A stretch of 24,683 bases of DNA, from contig JAYTSD010000024.1 in NCBI GenBank assembly GCA_043745805.1, positions 1-24,683 on the forward strand, written 5' to 3'. Below are positions 1 through 7,656 of this stretch, piece by piece; position 1 is the first letter of the stretch, and every line of letters starts with the position of its first letter. This stretch comes from Fibrobacteria bacterium (GTDB taxonomy: Bacteria > Fibrobacterota > Fibrobacteria > UBA11236). The position numbers were made by a program, and so were the translations under genes. The notes under the pieces were generated by a model, which worked only from the letters and a program-made list of their open reading frames with translations, searched no databases and was not told where the DNA came from.

Positions 1-1
1 C

Positions 2-70
2 TATGCGCCACATTCGGGATTAGGAATGATGTCGCCAAATGATTTTTTTAAACTTAAATTAGCAGCATAG
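2..70 (+). CDS. C-terminal end of an IS3-family transposase OrfB (element 1, runs off window start)
   Basis: Frame 2 reads YAPHSGLGMMSPNDFFKLKLAA*, matching the IS3-family C-terminal 'PHSxLGxxSPxxF' motif. It is absent from the ORF track. Confidence 0.75.
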   Translation, partial: YAPHSGLGMMSPNDFFKLKLAA

Positions 71-98
71 CTGGTTCGAATTTAAGCCGATAAGAGCA
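71..98 (+). mobile_element. Probable right inverted repeat of IS3-family element 1
   Basis: CTGGTTCGAATTTAAGCCGATAAGAGCA directly follows the stop and ends in CA. A different transposase frame resumes immediately after it. Confidence 0.6.
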
Positions 99-367
99 AA
101 GAGAGGGGAGTGTTGCAGTCGATGAGCCGTAAGGGTCAATGTTGGGACAATGCCCCTAATGAGAGTTTCTTTAAGACTTTTAAAAAGGAAACGGGGTTAG
201 GAAAACATTGGTTAAATGATAGCAGCGAAGTGGAGGCGGTAACATTTGAATGGATAGAAGCTTGGTATAATTTAAGAAGAAGGCATACATTTATTGGCTA
301 CAGTAGCCCTGCCGAATATGAAACAAATTGGGCTACATAAACTGTCCGGTTTAGAGGGGACAGTCCA
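99..367 (+). mobile_element. IS3-family element 2: 5'-truncated transposase fragment (to stop at 340) plus right inverted repeat (about 341-367)
   Basis: ERGVLQSMSRKGQCWDNAPNESFFKTFKKE...WYNLRRRHTFIGYSSPAEYE is a typical IS3 integrase-core end. IR ACTGTCCGGTTTAGAGGGGACAGTCCA ends in CA. Confidence 0.9.
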
Positions 368-693
368 TATTTCCTTTCCTGAATATTTTGGCTCTCTTCA
401 GAGTGCGAGATTATTTTGTATGGAGTTTTTTACTTGGTATAATGGATTTCATTTGCATTCTAAGCTCGATTATGTGACACCAATGAAGTGCATAATGGGT
501 TACATACAGGTATTTATGCGGAAAGGAATCGGTTATTAGAAAAGAATCGAATAGCGTATCCTAGTCGTTACGGTAGTCGCAAAAAATATTTTGGAATAGC
601 ACCAATTGTTGAGCTCAAACATAAGGTGTCAATGACAACTACGAAAACGTAATTTAAATTACACTAAACGGACATTTTGCCTGAAACACGCCG
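368..693 (+). mobile_element. IS3-family element 3 remnant: frameshifted transposase C-terminus (stop 650-652) and probable right end near 693
   Basis: FPEYFGSLQSARLFCMEFFTWYNGFHLHSKLDYVTP is followed, after a 1-nt shift at about 482, by NEVHNGLHTGIYAERNRLLEKNRIAYPSRY...*. The end GGACATTTTGCCTGAAACACGCCG is inferred. Confidence 0.7.
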
Positions 694-1084
694 CATTATG
701 ACTACACATTGTGACAACAGTATAAAACCAGATAATGCATCCTATTCAAAAATATTATTCCAGAGAGGAGGCGGGGGAAGTAAATCTTTTTATGCAACGA
801 CCAACACTCAAAAAGAAATAATTATTGATGTGACAAGTTATAATTTTAAAGATACCAGTTATTCAATTACGAAATCTGACACCGCAAACCTTTCAAGTTT
901 AATTTCCAATTTGCTTAACAATAAAACTTCACTTTCGTGAGCTTTCAAACAGCCAATTTTGCCAACAGGATCTTGGGCCTATTTATATGTTGTTGCCACC
1001 GACAATAAAAAAACTGAAATAACAAATTCAACAACTCAGAATCGTTTAATGACTCTCGAAGCAATCGTTACTCATGCGAGATAA
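694..1084 (+). pseudogene. Lipoprotein-like exported protein pseudogene (5' end replaced by IS; internal TGA at 938-940)
   Basis: IMTTHCDNS resembles the end of a signal peptide plus Cys. The frame stays open for 47 codons after the TGA (AFKQPILPTGSW...IVTHAR*). Confidence 0.55.
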
Positions 1085-1111
1085 TATTATTTCTCGCATG
1101 AATCAAAGACT

Positions 1112-1759
1112 CTATTTCTTTTTCGCCAACCGAATATGGGTTACCATTTCCGAGGGACGATATTCTATACATTCATATTTTTCCGCCAGAGATTCCGTAC
1201 CCTCAAATAATCGCTCCCCCGCTCCTAAAATTTTCGAAGTTTGCACCAAGTGTAATTCATCGATTAATCCCAAACGCAAATACTGACTTATCACATTCGC
1301 GCCTCCGCCAAGGCGAACGTCCTTCCCCGCTGCTGCCTCAAAAGCCTTCTGCAAGGCCACTTCTGGACCATCCGTAATAAAGTGAAAGGTCGTGCCCCCT
1401 TCCATAGGAATGCTCTTGCGCGCGTGATGAGTCAAAATGAAAACGGGTGTATGATAAGGAGGATTCGGTCCCCACCAACCCTTCCATTCTTCATCCAACC
1501 AAGGTCCGCGCATGGGACCAAACATATTACGACCTAAAATATTCGCCCCCATATTGTTATCCGCATTGGCGGCAAAGTCATCGTCAATTCCCGTTTGTCC
1601 ACCCTCGGTTCCGAACATTTTACTAAAAGTCTTTGTTGCAAAAGCCCAATCCATAATTTGGATCCCGCCTATACCAAAAGGATTTTCCTGACTTTGATTT
1701 TTCGCTGCTGAAAATCCATCGAGTGAAAGCGTAAAACATCGAACTACTAATTTTGCCAT
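1112..1759 (-). CDS. Dihydrofolate reductase/RibD C-terminal domain family protein
   Basis: SLDGF, ILGRNMF, GWWGPNPPYHTPVFILTHH, GGANVISQYLRLGLIDELHL and GAGERLF motifs. Confidence 0.92.
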   Translation of the reverse strand: MAKLVVRCFTLSLDGFSAAKNQSQENPFGIGGIQIMDWAFATKTFSKMFGTEGGQTGIDDDFAANADNNMGANILGRNMFGPMRGPWLDEEWKGWWGPNPPYHTPVFILTHHARKSIPMEGGTTFHFITDGPEVALQKAFEAAAGKDVRLGGGANVISQYLRLGLIDELHLVQTSKILGAGERLFEGTESLAEKYECIEYRPSEMVTHIRLAKKK

Positions 1760-1892
1760 TTTATTTTTCCTTCTTTTCTTTTTGGAGCATAAGTAAATTG
1801 AAATTCTTTTTCAACCCTATACCCAGTCCTCCCCCAACCGACCTCTATTCCTCCCGAATAATCCAAGCTCTCTGAGGCCACATCAATACGGC

Positions 1893-1928
1893 ATGGCTCT
1901 TGAATCGATTGTTACTAATGCGAGATAA
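1893..1928 (+). repeat. Diverged direct copy of the last 12 codons (1049-1084) of the lipoprotein-like gene
   Basis: 30/36 nt identical; MALESIVTNAR* versus MTLEAIVTHAR*. Confidence 0.8.
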
Positions 1929-2062
1929 CTATTATTATTAAGACCATCGTAAAAAGAAAACAAAAGTAGGTAATCACCAAATGTCTTGTTTGGCGGCAGT
2001 ATGCATACTATCATTGCTACAAGGATTAGCCTAATACATGTGACAAAAACCCTGCGGGCAAA

Positions 2063-2794
2063 TTGAAACTCGAAATGGGTAAAAAAGGAGTATGCGTGCG
2101 AAAAGGAATATTAATCGCAACTGTGATTTTATTCTTGCAAGGAATTTTGTTTTCTCAGGAAAAAATACAAATTGCCACAACTGACTTTCCGCCTTATCAA
2201 TCCGAATTCAATGGCAAGCTAAATGGAATTTCAGTTGAGCTGGTTCAATGCTTAATTAAAAATGCTGGATTAGTTCCAGTGATTAAAATATACCCATGGA
2301 AAAGAGCCGAGATGCTTTTGAATTCCACGGAAATCTTGTTTTTTAACTTGTCACGAACTACTGAAAGAGACAGCCTTTATCAATGGATCGCTGATATTGC
2401 ACCAACCAACATCTATATCTGGAAGTTAAAGACTAATAAGTCTACTGTATTAAAAGAGTCTGATTTGGTTACATATACATTTGCAACTCTAAATGGTGAT
2501 GCTTGCAATAAATACTTAAAAACTATTATTCCAGAAAACCATATCCATTCGGTTGCAACGGATGAACAACTTGTACTGATGCTTAAGTCGAGCCGGATAG
2601 ATTTTTGTCCCTGTCCATCTTTTCCAATTCCAAAAATAGAACTTCGGCAAGTTTCCTCTTCCTTTTCTATAAGAAGCCCTATCGAAACAGGAATTATAAA
2701 TCCATTACAAAAGAAACGACGGACTAAAATATGGACATTTTCACATTACCTGACGACATTAATTTTGAGACGAACAACAAGTCTGATGATTTGA
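2063..2794 (+). pseudogene. Solute-binding protein family 3 (amino-acid ABC-type), C-terminally truncated at about 2605
   Basis: Signal peptide, DFPPY, GISVELV, YPWKRA, RTTER and MLKSSRID. After RIDF the sequence loses family character and overlaps araC by 64 nt. The true start is probably 2075 or 2096. Confidence 0.75.
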
Positions 2795-3633
2795 TTTTCC
2801 ATAATTATTCTGCCCCAACGCAGACATTTTATGGAAAAAGTATATTAAGAATGAATGCTGTTAGCCTTGTAATTTCAGGCGAAAAGACAATGCACTTTGC
2901 TGAGAGAAAAATTGAAATTATAGACAAAGAAATTCATTTTCTTTCCGCGGGAAATTGCTTGGTTTCAATGAAATTATCTAAAAAAGCACCTTTCCGAAGT
3001 GTATTGATTTTTTTTGACAATAAAATTTTGATAAATTTTTTATTGAAATATCAAACTAAAATAAATCTACTTACCAAAGGGCAGAACATTTCCAAAGAGC
3101 CATTCCTTACTTTTAGCAAAGACGAGTTTATTCAAAATTATATTGCTTCATTAGGTTTACATTTTCAGTCGAAAATCGAAATTTCGTATGAAATGAGGTT
3201 AATAAAATTTGAGGAGCTAATGCTCCATTTACTTGAAAAGTATCCAACCAAAATCTTAGCTTTTCAATCGCTGAAAAACTTCGAGTTAAATGATTTTGAA
3301 ATAAGAAAAGTTGTAGAAAATAACATTACTTCAAACCTCAGTATAGAAGATCTGGCGTTTCTTTGCAACGTAAGTTTATCCACATTCAAAAGACGCTTTT
3401 TGAAAATTTATGGGAATTCTCCAAACAGATGGCTACTTCAAAAAAGAATGGAATTAGCAAAAGAGATGCTAATTTATAGTAAAGAAAAACCAGGCGAAAT
3501 ATTCTACAAATTAGGCTATGAAAACCATTCGAGTTTTAGCCAATCATTTAAACAAATCTTTGGAACGACTCCGAAAGAGTTTCAATTGCAAAATTTGGAC
3601 TTTCAGCAACATATATTGAACGAACAACCTTAA
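2731..3633 (+). CDS. AraC family transcriptional regulator
   Basis: C-terminal double HTH: LAFLCNVSLSTFKRRF...LGYENHSSFSQSFKQIFGTTP. Confidence 0.95.
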   Translation: MDIFTLPDDINFETNNKSDDLIFHNYSAPTQTFYGKSILRMNAVSLVISGEKTMHFAERKIEIIDKEIHFLSAGNCLVSMKLSKKAPFRSVLIFFDNKILINFLLKYQTKINLLTKGQNISKEPFLTFSKDEFIQNYIASLGLHFQSKIEISYEMRLIKFEELMLHLLEKYPTKILAFQSLKNFELNDFEIRKVVENNITSNLSIEDLAFLCNVSLSTFKRRFLKIYGNSPNRWLLQKRMELAKEMLIYSKEKPGEIFYKLGYENHSSFSQSFKQIFGTTPKEFQLQNLDFQQHILNEQP

Positions 3634-3661
3634 CGCCAACTTTTATAATGGAGTAATTTTC
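3595..3661 (+). promoter_or_regulatory. Putative AraC half-sites (TTGGAC 3595, TTGAAC 3616; 21-bp period) and TAATTTTC -7-like element at 3654
   Basis: A 21-bp direct-repeat spacing is typical of AraC sites; it lies upstream of the SnoaL gene. Confidence 0.45.
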
Positions 3662-3679
3662 ATCTTAACTTTCAGTCAT

Positions 3680-3751
3680 AAAAAGATGCAGATCACAACA
3701 GAACAAAATAAGGCCAAAAAAGATGCGCACAACAACAGAACAAAATAAGGC
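3680..3751 (+). repeat. Tandem imperfect duplication (37-bp period) of the SnoaL gene start
   Basis: AAAAAGATGCAGATCACAACAGAACAAAATAAGGC versus AAAAAGATGCGCACAACAACAGAACAAAATAAGGC, 31/35 identical. Confidence 0.9.
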
Positions 3752-4136
3752 AATTGTAACTCGTTTCAACAAGGAGTGTATTGAACAAGGTTTAACTAAA
3801 TCATTCGCAGAATTATTAGCGAGCGATGTTATCAATCATTCAGCACCAGCAGATATGCCAAATGGTGTAGAAAGCTTTCATTTCTTCTTAAATGAAGTTC
3901 TAAGAAAAGGATTTCCAGATTTAAAAGTGGAGATTTTGGAACAGGTTGCAGAAAACGATTTGGTAACAACAAGAAAGAAAATTTCTGCTACTCACACAGG
4001 CGACATCTTTGGTATTACGCCAAGCAACAAAAAAGTTGAAATCAACATTATTGACATCATCAAACTAAAAGATGGCAAGTATGCAGAACATTGGGGGCAA
4101 AGTAATTTTTCAGATGTGATAAAAGAAATTTCTTAA
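3723..4136 (+). CDS. SnoaL-like ester cyclase family protein
   Basis: EQNKAIV, GFPDL, VAENDLV, THTGDIFGITPSNKKV and KDGKYAEHW. Confidence 0.92.
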   Translation: MRTTTEQNKAIVTRFNKECIEQGLTKSFAELLASDVINHSAPADMPNGVESFHFFLNEVLRKGFPDLKVEILEQVAENDLVTTRKKISATHTGDIFGITPSNKKVEINIIDIIKLKDGKYAEHWGQSNFSDVIKEIS

Positions 4137-4222
4137 AATGATAAAGCTACTTAGTTTGATAATTTCGGTGCTTTTTCAAGCGGAACAAAGCGAAAGTAAA
4201 AGGAAGGAAATTAAAAGTAACA

Positions 4223-4834
4223 CTAGCTCTCAGCTTGATGTTCCGCGCAGTCCAGTCTTAGCGCGGCATTTCCGAAGCGGGAATCTACGAAGTCACAGTG
4301 GTGCGGCTTATCAGAATTCTGGTAGCGGTTTTCCCGGAAAAAGCGACAGGAGACGCACATGCGTGAGGGAGAAATCCGGCCTTCCGCCTGTAATCCCAAG
4401 ATCAGCTTGGAAATTAAGCCCAGCATTTGGGCTTGCTCCTCCGGTGTCAATACGTTGAGGCCCGCCAGAAGTTCTGGGGAAACGGCTCCGAGCTTCCGAG
4501 CCATCCGTTGGCCTGCAATCGAGAGGGTCAGACAGATGCGGCGACTATCTTCCTCCGAGACCTCTTTAATCACGTAACCCTTGGCTTCCAAGCTCGCCAC
4601 CGAATCGCTGGCAGTGGCCTTGGTCGAGCCCAAGTGATCGGCCAATTGGGATAACGAGAGAGGAAGGGAATTGGATTGGAGCGTTGCTATGATCTGAATT
4701 TGGGTCGGATTCAAGCCTTCCACAGAGGATCGAGCCCAAGAATCGGACTTAAGGGCCAAGTTGACACGTGTGAGACCAGCCAGCACCCTCTGAGGCAGCT
4801 CGAGATCCGAAAGAGGTGTTAGGGGTTTGGCTAT
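4223..4834 (-). CDS. MarR family regulator with C-terminal four-cysteine domain
   Basis: wHTH (GLNPTQIQI, LADHLGSTKATASDSVASLEAKGY, DSRR) and tail MCVSC...HHCDF...LDCAEH. The start is either GTG 4786 or in-frame ATA 4834, which follows a GAGGGA RBS. Confidence 0.9.
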   Translation of the reverse strand: MAKPLTPLSDLELPQRVLAGLTRVNLALKSDSWARSSVEGLNPTQIQIIATLQSNSLPLSLSQLADHLGSTKATASDSVASLEAKGYVIKEVSEEDSRRICLTLSIAGQRMARKLGAVSPELLAGLNVLTPEEQAQMLGLISKLILGLQAEGRISPSRMCVSCRFFRENRYQNSDKPHHCDFVDSRFGNAALRLDCAEHQAES

Positions 4835-4869
4835 GATTTTTCCCTCAGGCGAAGCAGAATAGCCTTATA

Positions 4870-4898
4870 ATGATACAAAAAAGGAGGGTCCGGGTCAA
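4870..4898 (-). promoter_or_regulatory. Sigma70-type promoter for marR: TTGACC-17-TATCAT
   Basis: Minus-strand -35 at 4898-4893 and -10 at 4875-4870, with a 17-nt spacer. Confidence 0.6.
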
Positions 4899-4931
4899 AA
4901 AATGGCCCATTATCTGTCTCGCCCCATAAAT

Positions 4932-4944
4932 TTAGGACTCCTAA
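4932..4944. promoter_or_regulatory. Palindromic operator 1, TTAGGACTCCTAA
   Basis: Perfect 6-1-6 inverted repeat, with a second copy at 4991. Confidence 0.75.
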
Positions 4945-4963
4945 TATATTTTGGGATCCCCCC

Positions 4964-4992
4964 TTGACAGGTGATTTGATGACAATTAAGTT
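4964..4992 (+). promoter_or_regulatory. Sigma70-type promoter TTGACA-17-TAAGTT for the exported protein gene
   Basis: Perfect -35 at 4964-4969; -10 at 4987-4992. Confidence 0.65.
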
Positions 4993-5003
4993 AGGAGTCC
5001 TAA
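4991..5003. promoter_or_regulatory. Palindromic operator 2, TTAGGAGTCCTAA, overlapping the -10/+1
   Basis: Exact reverse complement of operator 1, in a classic repressor position. Confidence 0.75.
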
Positions 5004-5068
5004 TCATGTGAACGAAAGTCCTCGGATGGTTCCGCGGGCTTTCGTTCACAGCAACAATGGAGAATCTT

Positions 5069-5797
5069 ATGCACCCTATCTTAGCCATCATTGCCTTAGC
5101 CGCCCCCTTGGCGGCTTTTGCTCATCCCGTAATCGCGAAACCGGATCGCAATATTAAGCCAGAATTTGATATCGTCCGCTCGGAAATCCATATGGAAGGC
5201 CGGACTGCTGTCTTTAGTATGGAAGTCAGCGGCAAAGCCGGCAAAGCCAAGCCCGCCCAGAACGGCAAGCTAGCCGGCAGCCGCGTCTTCTCCTACGTTT
5301 GGCCCACCAGCTTGGATCCCGCTGAAGTGGGGTTCGAGACCAAAGCAGGCATTCTAGCCTTCGCTGTCACATCCCATAATGATTTTGACGATACCCCGCT
5401 CTATGATGAGAACGGGGACGGGGATCGGGGTAATGACGGGGACTTGTGGCATTCCCATTGGGTGGTACTCGTCCCTGATTCAGCTTGTGGCCCCACGGCC
5501 CTGAAGGTGAAGGACATTGCTAAAGGAACCAAGCCACGCATGCCAAAGACTTGGCCCGGCTTGCCGATCTACATCGATAGTCCAGGGTATTCCCCAGTGA
5601 TATCCGATCGAACGGTCGAGGTGAAGGTTCCTTTTGACGAAGACTCTCCCATTCTTAACGGGAAGTATGACGGAGTCACGGCAGCTCTACGGATTAATGA
5701 GAGCGTGCATGCGCCTTTGCTTTGCGTGGAGAATGTCTTCAAGGTGGCATCCCACAACCTGAGTTTGCCGGGGCAGGTTTCTCCCAGCAGACAATGA
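5069..5797 (+). CDS. Exported conserved hypothetical protein, His/Asp-rich (WHSHWVVL motif), possibly metal-binding
   Basis: Signal peptide MHPILAIIALAAPLAAFA; TSHNDFDDTPLYDENGDGDRGNDGDLWHSHW; two Cys. GGAGA RBS at 5059-5063 favours ATG 5069 over 5057. Confidence 0.85.
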   Translation: MHPILAIIALAAPLAAFAHPVIAKPDRNIKPEFDIVRSEIHMEGRTAVFSMEVSGKAGKAKPAQNGKLAGSRVFSYVWPTSLDPAEVGFETKAGILAFAVTSHNDFDDTPLYDENGDGDRGNDGDLWHSHWVVLVPDSACGPTALKVKDIAKGTKPRMPKTWPGLPIYIDSPGYSPVISDRTVEVKVPFDEDSPILNGKYDGVTAALRINESVHAPLLCVENVFKVASHNLSLPGQVSPSRQ

Positions 5798-5806
5798 AAG
5801 TCTAAT

Positions 5807-5840
5807 TGGGGTGGGCGGCAGTTGGTTTCCCAACCCACCC
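5807..5840 (+). terminator. GC-rich hairpin after the exported protein gene
   Basis: GGGGTGGG...CCCACCCC stem 10 nt after the stop; no U-tract. Confidence 0.4.
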
Positions 5841-6164
5841 CCGCTGGGATCACCGAAAAATTTGAAAGTATTCAGACTGTCTCGCACGAAAGTTATAGCA
5901 ATATTGACACAGATGCTTGGCAAATAGGGAAACATTTGGGTTACCTACCGAATCGTTATTTTCTGAGAGTCAATCAAAAAGTCGATCAGTAAAAACAACA
6001 GCTTAGCAAGATGTATTTTGATACTGTTTTTTATAAAAGGTGTGGATATTACAAAAACCGCCCCCAAGAAAAAGCGCACCGCGACAATAATGGCTTAATT
6101 TATTAAGAATCAATTTATCTAAGTTTATAAAGTTATACGAACCACTAAAATACAAGGAACGTAA

Positions 6165-6764
6165 ATGGAGTTGAACGATCTAAATCGACAAATTCAAAAT
6201 ATTATAACTGAGGAAATCCGTTCTGATGAAAAAATATTGTGGGTAGATCAACCCGATCCGAACGGAATCATGTGGTCGAAATTACCAATATTTTTGTTCG
6301 CAATTCCATGGACCGCGTTCGCAGTATTCTGGATGTATGGGGCTGCTGGTTTTGGTCATCACAAAATAGACGGACCAGGAGCGCTATTTCCCCTTTTTGG
6401 CCTGCCATTCCTTTTCATTGGTTTCGGCATGCTTTTGTCGCCATTTTGGTTTAAAAATATAGGTCTTAAGTCAGCCTATGTTCTCACGACGAAGAGAGTA
6501 ATATGTTTCAATAAGGCATTTAGAGCATACGAAATAAATTCATACAGATCCGAACTGCTTGAGAAGATGAAAAAGGTAGTGCATTCGAATGGGCTAGGCG
6601 ATTTAATATTTGAAGAAATCGACAGTAACTCCGAAAGTAATTCAAATTATATGACAAAAAGAATCGGCTGTTTTGGCATCAGAAATGTAACGGTAGTTGA
6701 AGACTTAATTCGAGCAACTTTAATATCCATAAAAGAAGTGAATACGGTAACATCCAAAATATGA
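6165..6764 (+). CDS. Hypothetical membrane protein (2 TM helices plus possible bacterial PH-like domain)
   Basis: EKILWVDQP, two hydrophobic segments, AYVLTTKRVI, GLGDLIF; AAGGA RBS. Confidence 0.8.
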   Translation: MELNDLNRQIQNIITEEIRSDEKILWVDQPDPNGIMWSKLPIFLFAIPWTAFAVFWMYGAAGFGHHKIDGPGALFPLFGLPFLFIGFGMLLSPFWFKNIGLKSAYVLTTKRVICFNKAFRAYEINSYRSELLEKMKKVVHSNGLGDLIFEEIDSNSESNSNYMTKRIGCFGIRNVTVVEDLIRATLISIKEVNTVTSKI

Positions 6765-7570
6765 GCTTTGACTTAAAACAAATTGACAACAATGTACTGA
6801 TGACTGAACCCGAAAGGCAGTATAAGTTTGTGTTGGTTTTTTGTAAGGTCGGACAAGTGAAAATTGAAATTGACAATCAACTTTACAAAATTACAGGCGG
6901 ACATTTTTTGACAATCACGCCAAAACAATATTATCAATTTATAGAGATCAATAAATGTGATGGTTATATTTTGGAATTTACTTATGACTTTTTTTGCCAA
7001 GACGAGAAATCAATTGAGCTCATTTATCACAACGGTTTATATTGCCATTTTGGATTAAACGAACTCATTAAAATTCCAAATGCTGCCAGCTTAAGTGCGA
7101 TTGCGGATTACTTTAACTCAATAAAAAACGAACTGAAAAACAAACAATTTGAATATGAAACAAGCCTTCATTCAATAATAAAACTGTTAGTTATTGAAGT
7201 AAGCAGATGCAAAATAATTCAACAAAAAAGACCCTTATATAAACCCGAAGCTTTGTTTTTACAGTTTTTAAACTTGGTAAGAGATAGCTTTGAAAAACGG
7301 CTGACGATAAAAGAATACGCTAAGGCATTAAATATTTCAGAACAAAAACTAAATGAACTTACCAAGAAAAATACCAATGAAAAAACACAACAGCTCATCA
7401 ATGATTTGATAATTTTAGAAGCTAAACGCTTATTTAATTATGAAAATTTAAATGTAAAGCAAGTAGCCTATAAATTAGGTTTTGATGACACCCATTATTT
7501 TTCAAGGTTTTTTAAAAAACAAACTTCTACAAGAGCGAAAGACCATTTAAGAACCATTTTGACAGCTTAG
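6761..7570 (+). CDS. AraC family transcriptional regulator
   Basis: Cupin-like N-terminus; IILEAKRL...VKQVAYKLGFDDTHYFSRFFKK. Confidence 0.95.
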   Translation: MSFDLKQIDNNVLMTEPERQYKFVLVFCKVGQVKIEIDNQLYKITGGHFLTITPKQYYQFIEINKCDGYILEFTYDFFCQDEKSIELIYHNGLYCHFGLNELIKIPNAASLSAIADYFNSIKNELKNKQFEYETSLHSIIKLLVIEVSRCKIIQQKRPLYKPEALFLQFLNLVRDSFEKRLTIKEYAKALNISEQKLNELTKKNTNEKTQQLINDLIILEAKRLFNYENLNVKQVAYKLGFDDTHYFSRFFKKQTSTRAKDHLRTILTA

Positions 7571-7574
7571 CAAA

Positions 7575-7631
7575 GTCCACCATTTTTAAAGTTTTGTCCA
7601 TTTTTTGACATCGCCTAACATTTTACTTTTG
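7575..7631 (+). promoter_or_regulatory. Putative AraC repeats (GTCCA 7575 and 7596) and Bacteroidota-type -7 element TACTTTTG (7624-7631)
   Basis: 21-bp period and an exact TAnnTTTG match upstream of the three-gene operon. Confidence 0.5.
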
Positions 7632-7656
7632 AACAATAATTTAAAGAAGGTAAAAT

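Noticed and set aside
294-539. 81-aa ORF as a real gene
   Set aside because: It is a chimeric frame spanning the element 2 IR and the element 3 remnant.
4138-4654. Plus-strand ORFs 4138-4458, 4359-4577 and 4427-4654
   Set aside because: They are antisense shadows of marR; only about the first 28 codons at 4138 may be a truncated gene start.
4831-5091. 86-aa minus-strand ORF
   Set aside because: It spans the promoter/operator region and has no recognisable protein features.
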